A stretch of 64,000 nt of DNA from Azolla caroliniana (lineage: Eukaryota; Plantae; Polypodiophyta). The notes beneath the pieces are model-generated. The model did no database searches. It was given only the letters and a program-made list of their open reading frames with translations, and had not been told where the DNA came from. This document shows, piece by piece, positions 53,958 through 64,000 of the stretch (the stretch's first letter is position 1; each line of letters begins with the position of its first letter). Where the stretch lies: the NCBI GenBank assembly GCA_043228905.1, contig JBHGNT010000005.1:5208001-5272000 (forward strand). Reading direction: 5' to 3'. A program made the translations under genes and the position numbers.

Positions 53958-54630
53958 AACGAAACCCTCGTTTTGTGTTGCTAAGATATGCTGCTCCCAG
54001 AGGATCAATGTCATCATTCACCATCGGCAAGCAGGAAGATAGAACATGGGCTGGCTTCCGACGAACTTGAGGTTCCGACGAGCGAGCCGGTGGTAAGTGA
54101 GCCGCTTCATCGGTACCTGCCCATGAATCAGTGTTCAGTCAGCGGTTAGCCAGGATTGATGACACTCCCTCTGTGCCGATGTTGCACTCACAAGAGACTG
54201 CCCGTAGTTCTACTATGGAGGAAGGTGAGGATGACGTCAAGTCCGCATGGCCCTTATGGGCTGGGCTACACACGTGCTACAATGGCAATTACAATAGGAA
54301 GCAGGGCCGTAAGGCGGAGTGAATCCAGAAAGATTACCTCAGTTCGGATTGTTCTCTGCAACTCGAGAACATGAAGTTGGAATCGCTAGTAATCCCGGAT
54401 CAGCATGCCGCGGTGAATATGTACTCGGGCCCCGTACACACCGCCCGTCACACCCTGGGAATTGGTTTCGCCCGAAGCATCGACCAGAGATCACCCATTA
54501 CTAAAGTGTTCCATGCCTAGTTGAGTGTGGCCCATTTTGGTATTGTTGGTCTTCTTGGCGCATATCACGGTTGGGTCAGTGACTGGGGTGAAGTCGTAAC
54601 ATGGTAGTTGTAGGGGAACCTGTGGCTGGA
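53958..54630 (+). rRNA. rrn18: Mitochondrial SSU rRNA 3' part (non-functional copy)
   Basis: GGATGACGTCAAGTCCGCATGGCCCTTATGGGCTGGGC; GTACACACCGCCCGTCACACCCTGGGAATTGG; GAAGTCGTAAC..GGGGAACCTGTGGCTGGA. Confidence 0.92.
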
Positions 54631-55255
54631 GGGAATCTCAAAGGGAAGCGCCAGCGTCCTTTCGTTAACTGTACTGACTTGATGAAGTTAATTCCAAGTT
54701 GGGTAAATGCCGGCCCGGCCCGGCCCGACCGGATGAAGCGCTATGCGCGAGGAGGAAGCGTGCGCTTCTTCATGAAGCGCGTGAAGGGATTGAAACCGTA
54801 GACCAATCGCGGATGAAGCGGTTAACAGTTGAGCTACCAGCGTGGGAAGGGAAAATATACGGTTAGTATCATATACATTCTTTGACTTTCGAGCCGCCTC
54901 ATGACCTTTGAGACGTTAACTATTCAAAGACCCCAGCTGCTTGCTGCTTTCTTCGAGATTTCATGAACTTCGCTAAAGCCTAAAGCAGCAAGCAAGCAAG
55001 CAAGCATTGGAGTTCTTTGAGAAAAACAAACGTATAGATCGAAAGACGACGACAAAGTGAAGGCCTTCATTGCATTGCTGCGACTTGCTTGCTACAAGGA
55101 CATAAGACTTTCTTTCTAGGCCCTTTTCCCTTCCCGAGATTGAGTGATGAGAGATCGGGTGCCAACCAAGCGGCTTAGGCGCTAATCGATAGCTTACGCC
55201 GGCCCTCAACCATTACTGCTGGGGATGGCCCACGCAGCAAGCAAGCAAGCAAGCA

Positions 55256-55329
55256 CGAGGTGTAGCGCAGTCTGGTAGCGCATCTGTTTTGGGTACAGAG
55301 GGCCATAGGTTCGAATCCTGTCACCTCGA
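55256..55329 (+). tRNA. trnP: Mitochondrial tRNA-Pro(UGG) in NUMT
   Basis: Complete cloverleaf CGAGGTG...TTTGGGT...GGTTCGAATCC...CACCTCGA. Confidence 0.9.
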
Positions 55330-55695
55330 TTATTGCCGTGTACTGGGCGGGCAACCTTTCGCTCCGTCCTTTTTCCACGTCTTTCTCTGCGCTTCTTGCG
55401 GCTTCTTGTGGCATAACTCTATCCACGGATCAAACAAGCATTGTAACCTGCCTGCCTGAAACTTCTCTGAAGACATGACCTTCTGAGTCATCTAGGCATT
55501 CATTTTGAAACCCGGAAATTTCGTATATAGAGTTGTGAAGACTATGCCTCCTATAGATAGTAGGAAATGGTTAACCCGAAGGTCCTAGGATTGAGAGGAG
55601 GTACTACAGATCGTAGTGCTTTAACCTCTTGCCATAAGCATCTGGCTGGGTGTAGAGTTGATTCAATCACGTCTTCATCAGGTTTTCAAAGCCAA

Positions 55696-55767
55696 GTCCC
55701 TTTCGTCTAGTGGTTAGGACATCCTCTTTTCATGTCGAAGAAACGGGTTCGATTCCCGTAAGGGATA
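55696..55767 (+). tRNA. trnE: Mitochondrial tRNA-Glu(UUC) in NUMT
   Basis: GTCCCTTTCGTCTAGTGGTTAGGAC...TTTTCAT...GGGTTCGATTCCCGTAAGGGATA. Confidence 0.88.
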
Positions 55768-56748
55768 ACTTTCTTGCTTGCTTGCTTGCTTGCTTGGGGA
55801 GGCTAGCAAAAGGTCCCTAGCCTCTTCGTTAGAGGGTTGAGCAAGAGGTCCACAGGACCCCAAGGTCCCGTAGTCCCCACAATGAGTGAGGGCTGGTTTC
55901 TCATGGTTCAGAATGTAAACATCCCCCGTTGAACCCACCGCATCGTCTCATGTGGGTGTCTTAACACTTTCTGAATTGCCGACGACAAGACAATCTGTTC
56001 GTTGATCGAAGTCTTGAGCGATTGGGGGGTTCAGTTGAAATTTTGCTTGCCGGCTTACTGACGTTCTCAACAACCAACCAACGATGGGCCAACGAACGAA
56101 CGAGACCATATGCACCGCGGCATTCCCCTTCCCCGCGCGCGAGCCTTTTCATCCGGATGAACAAATTCGTCACTCAACGGCGGGCGGTCAATTCGCGTAG
56201 TTTTTATTTTGTGCACAATCTAACTCTTGTGACCGAAAGCGTGCTTATGTCAACGAGACAAGTGCACCGGAAGAGTCACTGGAGGAGTAGCGAAGGTGCG
56301 TGCCGGAGATCCCCCTTCGACTGATGAGAGCGAATCAAACTCTGACGAGCAAGCAAGCAAGCAAGCAAGCAAACCTAGGACTTGTAAGGGACGAGAGGGG
56401 AGACTTCAGATGGAGCGCCCAGGCTTACCAGCTAGAAGCCGGTTCATTATATCAGACCCGCTTCATCGGTTCCCCACAGCATATCAAAATCCTCATCGCC
56501 GGTCGACCCGGATGAAGCGGTTGCCAGCACACATTCCAAAGCCGCCCATCAAGGAACCCTAACGAAAAGCATATAGAATCTTTGGGTAGGGATCCTTAAT
56601 TGATGATAAGGCTGCCCGGATACGGCGGAATCTCATGACCGGCCTCGACGCGGTTTCGCTTAAGGTTTCAGCCCTCCGATTAAACAGCCATGATTATAAA
56701 GAATCAATGCTCACTACGATTTTTATGAAACCCTGCCTGAACTTTATC

Positions 56749-57156
56749 ATGGCTTGCAGTCCACTTAAATAATTTGCTACTATTCTATCGGTTTTCAAAC
56801 GGATACATAGATTTTGAACATCGAAGGAAGAAAGCATATTATGCGCCACTCCGGACTATCCATTTTAATTCCTGTGGTTTTCGAGGTATCATATCAATAT
56901 ACGTCTTGGAATACCGATCGATACTCGCGGAGTTGATTATCCTTCTCAAAAATGAAGATTCGGAGTAGTCTATAACTCACCAAGCATTTGATATAACCCA
57001 TGCATTCGTGTACGAATTGGTGTAGATGAAATCACTTCTGCAAGTTTGGTAATCAGTATATCCCTATCAGCCGGCCAGTGGGAGCGAGAAGTGCGGGATA
57101 CGTCTGGTTTACATTCTCCTAATTATCCTGATTTACGCCGTACATTAACCGATTAC
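56749..57156 (+). pseudogene. nad9: nad9 5' part, unedited
   Basis: GVDYPSQK*RF.VVYN..SI*YN..IRV...VDEIT...SAG.WEREV.D..G....N.PDLRR.LTDY. Confidence 0.88.
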
Positions 57157-57552
57157 GACCGTCCACCCAGTGCCACTACCCACCTCTACTGAGGCTAAAC
57201 TTGATGAAAGCAACAGCAAAGATGACGACAACCGAAATAGAATATTATTTAATCATAGAAATGCCATGTCAGGTGCACCTGTAAGAATCAGAACGAACCG
57301 GTTACCGAATCCACCTGTCATCGCCAACGTAACCGGAAGGGATGTCGTTAAAGAAGCGTAAGCGATTATTAACACATTATAAGGTTAATGATTTCCACCA
57401 GGAATTTAATGGCCGGGTTATGCTGATTCCATACAGATTAGTACTAAGAGGCGTGTGCCCATTACTCCAGCCGTGACACCAAAGATTGAGTATAGAGTAC
57501 CTATATCTTTGTAGTTCGTAGAAAATAGCCATCTTTACACGAAACGGTTTGT
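57157..57552 (-). pseudogene. cox1: cox1 5' part, unedited
   Basis: RWLFSTN.KDIGTLY..FG..AGVMGT...GGNH*.YNVLI.A...[20 protein letters not shown]...VEVGSGTGWTV. Confidence 0.93.
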
Positions 57553-57659
57553 ACATGAAAGAGTCTTGGCTACTATAATCAATGTAAGGGAGATGAATCC
57601 TATTGCAAATACAATCGGAATGAAGAAATCCTAAAATCCAATAATTAGTTCCACAACCG

Positions 57660-58290
57660 AAGAGACTTCTAGATCTTTCAGGATTTCTAGGCCACCCGAA
57701 AGATCGGGTAGTGTATTCTACGACAGATTGAGGAGCACCTGCGGGAACAACTCTTCGTTGTTATTTTAAAGAGTTGCGATGTCCTCGTGCAATTCGGTCT
57801 ATAATCTTTCTAAGCTGTTTATGACTATGGGCATGTCTTATCCAATCTGTTTCTTTTCCTCGGTGCTTTATACCTAGGGCAGTCTCCTGCATTCATGGCA
57901 GTTCCTATGGTTGCAAAAACAACGAGTCGGTTCCCGTATATACCCGGCTTTTCTTGTATGCTTTCGGCAAGCAAAAAAAACGCTAGCGGGCCTACCACGC
58001 TTCGCGCCTGCGTCTTTGCCAGACAGTATTTGCCACCCGACCTGAGGATTTAGTTTGTCCCTTGCTAAAATATCTTTGAAGAACTTGTACTGATTTTCCA
58101 GGTTGGTCCTCGCGAGCGGATATGGGCCCTAGAGGATGATGGTGTAGAAACTCTCTGCCCGTAAGTCGTGCCTGAAAGCGGTTCATCCGGGTGAAGCCGG
58201 CGGCGAGGAATTGACTGGTGCTGCGTTCACTGCTTGCTCAAAGGCCCGTATCCGCGCAGGTAGTAAGCAACAAATTGGTTCGTAACACAT
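57660..58290 (-). other. Group II intron fragment paralogous to nad7i140
   Basis: 57940-58288 is an inverted, diverged copy of 50559-50925; the continuation to ~57660 differs. Confidence 0.7.
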
Positions 58291-58629
58291 TTCCTTGTTT
58301 AAATTTTCATGGAGCCGAATCAATTGTCTTGAGCTTATACCTAATTCTCGAAAGATTGGCAACTAAGGTCTAGCTACAACTCCCATGTCAGTTCAATAAC
58401 TAAAAGTCACCAACCACCTTTAGGGGCAGGATAAAATCTAGTACTAAAACATACCAATTACCTTACAAACAAGCTCATTGCAACCAACTAGTCAATGTTG
58501 TTCCTTGACATACTACAACATTATTCTCATTAAAGAGATAACACAAATGATATGTGATTACCTAAGACACACTAAGAATTTGCACTGTCAAATTAAATAG
58601 AGTAGTACGTCATGGAGTGACAAATGTAG

Positions 58630-59560
58630 GCATAGAACGTAATATTCGTGTTTGTGCAAGCATTCAAACGTTTCCAAACGTTTGGAAACGAACACGTTTG
58701 AAATGCAAAAAATAGCTACCTTTTTTTTCATTTATTGTTATTACAATTCAGCTCACCCTAGTTGTAAGGAGTCATTCTATCGTTGTCTATATCTTGGGTT
58801 CGAGGCCTAATTTTCTCATCTTTCTCTCTCTCTCTCATTAGTATCATTTTTATAGCAAAATTTTATGTTTACATTATAATACTTTTTTTATTTTCTTTTT
58901 CTTATTAGAACTAAGCACAACTTGGTGGTAAGTTATTGTGCTACTATTACTTGTGTCTTGGCTTCAATTCCCAACTTTCTCATTTCCTCTTGTTATTAGT
59001 GTCATTGCAAAATTTTATGTTAGTGTCATTTTTCTTCTTCTTTTTTCGTTCTTTCTTTGTTATTAGAAATTAGGTCACCCTGGTGGTAAGTTGTTATGCT
59101 ACTATGGCCATGTCATGTTTTCTTGATATTCTCAAATATATGTTTTATGAGTTTTTGATCGTTTCTTTTTCTCTTTCCTTGTTATTAGAAATTAACTCAC
59201 CCTAGTGGTAAGTTGTTATGCTACTACTGCCTATGTCATGTTTTCTTCATATTCTTGAATATACGTTTTATGAGTTTTTGAACGTTTGATTGTAATTTAT
59301 AATGACATATTTTGATTCAATCTCTATAGTCCATACTCATTTTTTGGTAAAGTTCTAAAGTGAGGATGATAGAGATGCCTTGATTCTTAAGAAGCATCCC
59401 AAAAGTATGCATGTGATACAATGCAAATATTGCAACGATCAACCATACTTATGTTGGTGGTTCACAATGGATTAGAGTCCACTTATTGGGATTGAGGGTG
59501 AATCAATATATAATATAGACCATAGTCAATCCAATCCAACTTTGAGACGATTTACCATAC
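58630..59560 (+). mobile_element. Probable hAT remnant with BED finger and four ~120-170-bp degenerate repeats
   Basis: AAACG-rich end. IQCKYCN...GG...IRVHLLG at ~59415-59495. Repeated tta..tcaccct.gtggtaagttgttatgctacta. Confidence 0.45.
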
Positions 59561-59799
59561 ACGTTTGATTGAATCATTCTCGAATGGGAATGCACGTATG
59601 GTACGTATGGTTCATTCTATGAATGTAGGAGTAGATTCATTGCAAGATTCATTTGAATCTGTGGAAATTTCCATGGTAGGATTACAAACATCAAAGCTTG
59701 CAAGGCTTGCCACCGTTAATCGAGGAAACATGTTGCCTTATATCTAAAGTTAGATTGGGCCACCTAAGAGGTCAAAGCAACCTTTCTTACATTGTCATT

Positions 59800-61764
59800 G
59801 AGACTGCAACCTTTCTTATATTATTTTATTCATATCACCCAAACAAGTTTTATTTAGGAAAGAAGTATATTGGATAATTTGTTCTTTTTTTGGGTAGCCA
59901 TTGCCTTGGCTCGTAAGAAAAAAGAGGATTTAGTGATTTTGTTACTAGAGTTTGAAAAAGCATATGATCGAGTCATTGAATCAAGGAGGATTAGGGATTG
60001 TAGATCCATTACAACAATCCAAAGCTTTGATTGCAAACTTGGTGATTCGAGGATTGTTGCCAGGATCAGAACCTTGGAAACAATTGATGTTTTATAAATT
60101 GCAAAAGTTTTGTCCCAAAACTAGTGGAGATTGGAGGCCTAGTTTTAGATGGGTTTTTATGGAACATAACAAATTGGTTATTAACACAAACTAGGAAGAG
60201 AGATTTGCTCGATGTGTTCTTAATGCATGGAAAGATATTTCTCTTGATTTAGTTAAGACATTGCCAAAAACAAATTTGAATTCCGTAGACAACCCCTAAT
60301 TTGGAATTCATGGTTGACCGACCAGAGAGGACAAATGTTTGGAATGCGTACTAGATGTGCATGGGCAGAATTAGATCGTGGGCCAACACAGTCTATAGGT
60401 ACATGGACAACATTTTTGTCTAAACCTATAAATCAACAAATGATACTAATTAGTAATATAAGGGGTGGGAAGATAATGTATTTTGCAATACAAAATACCC
60501 TTTTTAATATTTAGATGCAAATTGAATCTGCTACACAGAAGTGGATGACTTTATTTACTCCATTGGATGTTGTAATTGGAGTTAAAGCCTATATTGGGGA
60601 ACAAGAGTGTATGAGTTTTGATGTACAAGATGATGGTACGTTATTTTTACACCTCAGGAAAAAGATTTTTTAGGTTTTGTTTGCATAAAGAAGTGAGAGT
60701 TATTGCAAATGATGCATCAAATTGGGTCTTAGATCTAGATGCTCAAAAGGTGAATTATTTTTGGAGGATTTGGATTATGGAAAGGAGACCAATATCTAGA
60801 TTAACTTGGGATCCTAGAGAACTGTATTGAAAGGTGTGGGTGCAAGATCACATCAAGTACATGCTGTTCTTTCAGTATTCTGTGAAGATTGGTAGTAAAA
60901 TATTAGGTGCTAGATCATGGAAAGAACCAACTGCAAATGTTGTTTGGAGACGAAATGGACTTTATCCACAACATCTCAAACAATTTGGGAAATGGTTATG
61001 GGGTATAACGATCTGTAGGAAATTTGTTTGTTTTCGATGGTTGTTGGTTCATAATGTTATACCAGTTAATGGGTGGCGAAAAGGAAATGTAGACAAGATG
61101 TGCCCTTACTGTACAGATATAATAGAGACTACTAAACATTGTTTGTGGAGTTGTGGTTTTGCTATGGACATATGGAAACAAATCATAAAATTATTAATTC
61201 TAGTATATTCTAGAGCAGTGTATACATGGGAATGCAGTATTATGGGTGGTGGTACATGATAAACCTATGGTATATGAACATGAGGAGGTTGCAGATGCTA
61301 TTGTGATGAGACATGGTTTGATGGGAAAAATTTTGATCCCTCTGAATCCACAAATACAAACTGATAAACCTCAAATATGGCAATTGGTAAGTAGTATTTC
61401 AATTTGGTATATTTGGAAGGCTTGATGTTTGAAGGTATTTCAAAATATGACTGAAAGACCTGCCCAAATAATTTCGAGAATTTGGATAGAGACTGTGCAT
61501 AATCTCATAGGGTTTTTGGATAGTATAAAAGGTTATAAACATCAAGCGGAGCTTTAGCGTTTGGAGTTTCATGCCATTTGGGACATACGTACATTTTATA
61601 GACGGTGTTTTGATAAGGTGGAGTGGTTCTACTCAACACCAAAGTATTTATTTAAGTCGATGGTTAGAATTTAGAAAAACATAGAGGATCGGTGATATAT
61701 CTTGTATGTTTAGCCTTATGGTGTTTTCTAATACTAATGTAGTATCTTTTTTGGGAAAAAAAAA
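59800..61764 (+). mobile_element. LINE ORF2 3' fragment lacking most of RT, same family as 16935-26040
   Basis: SILDNLFFFW.AIALARKKKED.VILLL.FEKAYDRV jumps to NQGGLGIVDP. zf-RVT CPYC...ETTKHCLWSC; A-tail at ~61756. Confidence 0.88.
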
Positions 61765-62653
61765 GAGGTCAAAGCACTCAAAACACCCTACAAGGTATGC
61801 AATGTTGGGAAACATTAAGTTTCCTCCATGCAAAGGTGCGAAATATGCTCATCCTTAAATCTACAAAGATACAATATTGTCAATGGTGTAGAGTTTTTGT
61901 GATGCATCAACATGATAACTTCTAGAAATCTGCAAAAGTGAAATTTGGTCAAACTCCACTATTAAAAGAATCCCAATCAATCCCTTAGGCCTGAGAACTT
62001 TAATGCCCACTATTTCAACAAGACAACCGAGTCCATGGTGTTAGATCATAATTGGTCGAACTTGAATATGAGCATAGGATAAAGGCTCAAGTTAGGGCGA
62101 TAACCATATTACCTAGATGAGGAAACCCAATATGCGCATGAGCAATGGCAAAACAAAAATTACAAGGGAATATGTATGTATGTCTTCTTGTTGGAGTTAA
62201 TCTATTGATGGTCACCCAACCATATCTTCTAGTTTGATAATTAGAATGCAAGGAGAAATATAGTTCAAGTGTTCCTAGGAATAACAAAAGTAGGGTAGTC
62301 TCGTTGTAGTCTGACCTCCATCATATCCTACTGACTTCTGTGGGTTCTTTTTTAGTGTCGTTGCGTTACGACCCTCACTTAGTGGTGGTAACTGATGAAC
62401 ATCAACCACCACATAAGGGAGGGCAATCAATAGGTAGGTCTATAGGTGGCAATGAAGCCAATGTTGGCGAACACCATTGATGAATACAACCGATTGCGTC
62501 CATAGATACCACCATATGTTTAACCCCCCCCCCCCCCCCCCTCCCTCTTGGTGAACACTGAAAACACACAATTATATATGTTAATACATAATTGTATGTG
62601 AAAAACACTACTACAATGCTATCACAATTTATTTGAGTGTAGTCACCAATGCA

Positions 62654-62708
<55 letters not shown>

Positions 62709-64000
62709 ATGTCCACTACAAAGGAATGGGTGAGAGAGTGGACACAGTAGTGTGTATCGATATGTTTTTCTTATTGTTGATTGCATGCCTATTAAAGAAT
62801 CTAAAGAACTGTTTTGGCAAACTAAACACAATAGGAAAGTTTGCCAAAACTAATTTTTAGATGCTCTCATGGCCATGCAATCAAGGTTAAGAAAAACGTG
62901 TACATATGCACAAATGTACGCATTGTCTCACCTATGCTTTTTTGCAGTGGTCATATAGTCATAAGGGGGTAACTAAAGATTCACTTTTCCTTTTTAACTA
63001 TCACCATACCTTTGTATTTTCGAATACCTACATGACATGCAAACACCCATGATATCTAGTGATAGATGGAAAGTTACGAAAATACCCCTCATTTTCAAGG
63101 ACAAATAAAAACACTCCTATATGCTTTAGAAAATACAAATGTATGGTAATATTTAAGATGGAAAAGTGATTGCACAGTTATGCAACTACTACGACAAAGA
63201 GTGATTGCAACATGAGTATGTGCTTGTTTTTCTTTTTGTGTGGCCATGATAGCATGTAGAGAATACTTTTGGCAAACTAAACACAACTGGAAAGGTATAA
63301 AAAACATAACAAACATAGTGACAAATTGATGGAAATATAGTTTGCGTGACCTTGATATGTACAACACGACCATTTGGCATTAGATTCAACAACATTGTTT
63401 GGAGTCTAGACCATGCTGTTGGCATTGGGTCATTAACTCCTTTATCCATATCGCTTATATAGGTTTTGCTTCCAACTTTATGTTTGTCAGGGAACTCATG
63501 ATTTTGGTGGGTATGTATCGGCTCTTTTTTTTTAAATGTTCTTAGTGACATGTTGTCAATATTCTTTGTTGGGTGTTACCTCATTTTGAGGGTTTCCCAA
63601 CATTTTATAAAAAAGTGGATGTGTGTAAATGCTCTTAAGAGGAGTAACACGGTCCTAAATAGCCAACCAACCATCCAATACATGGCCATCCCTAGGTATG
63701 GAGAGTTTCTACAAGGCACATGTAGGGTACACATGGGCCATGGCATACATTTTCTATCCCAAACATGTAATATGTAGGCATACTATGTATCGGATTTGAA
63801 GCTTTTCCCCTTCTGGTGCCCATACTTTCATAGATTGAATATATCAACCCCTTAGTTGATTTCTCAACTTCCCCAAAATATCCTAGTGTATTGCATAAGT
63901 TTAATAAAATTAGAACAATTGTTGCTGATGTTGGGAAAACAAATGGAGTTAAGTCTCACTTGCAATTGCATAACTCGAAAAACACCTTTAAATTCAGAAA

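Larger units (their letters stand above)
44520..58300. other. Nuclear insertion of mitochondrial DNA (NUMT), rearranged mosaic; borders approximate
   Basis: GC rise, mitochondrial gene/intron/rRNA/tRNA fragments and (GCAA)n/(GCCT)n/(CCCTT)n tracts. Flanked by nuclear repeats and containing a solo LTR. Confidence 0.9.

Noticed and set aside
53958-54630. Bacterial 16S contamination or endosymbiont
   Set aside because: Sequence signatures are plant-mitochondrial and it sits among mitochondrial genes.
62620-63330. Short repeated and inverted motifs (ttttggcaaactaaacacaa) suggesting a DNA transposon end
   Set aside because: No TIR or TSD could be defined.

Overview
Nuclear DNA of a land plant, most likely a leptosporangiate fern; this is inferred from mitochondrial genes that need heavy C-to-U and U-to-C editing. 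There are three apparently intact genes: an intronless DREB-type AP2/ERF factor (3641-5185,+), a 10-exon FYVE/ankyrin gene (7332-12920,-) and a 3-exon NaKR1-like HMA-domain gene (33287-35252,+). Transposons include decayed L1-type LINEs, two solo LTRs, a pol-less LTR element with a perfect tRNA-Trp primer site, a TRIM with a tRNA-Ala primer site, and a hAT MITE with an 8-bp TSD. About 14 kb (44520-58300) is a scrambled NUMT with pieces of nad7 plus group II introns, cox1, nad9, rps3, rrn26, rrn18, trnP and trnE. The NUMT also holds old plastid pseudogenes (atpA, rpoC1, accD, atpB), many short GGATGAA-core motifs and a later solo-LTR insertion. I cannot demonstrate a wholly new system. The best leads are the plastid-to-mitochondrion-to-nucleus chimera with its micro-repeat, the tRNA-Trp-primed element, tRNA-like modules inside LTRs, and a paralogous group II intron pair. 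Family calls come from recalled motifs, not database searches.
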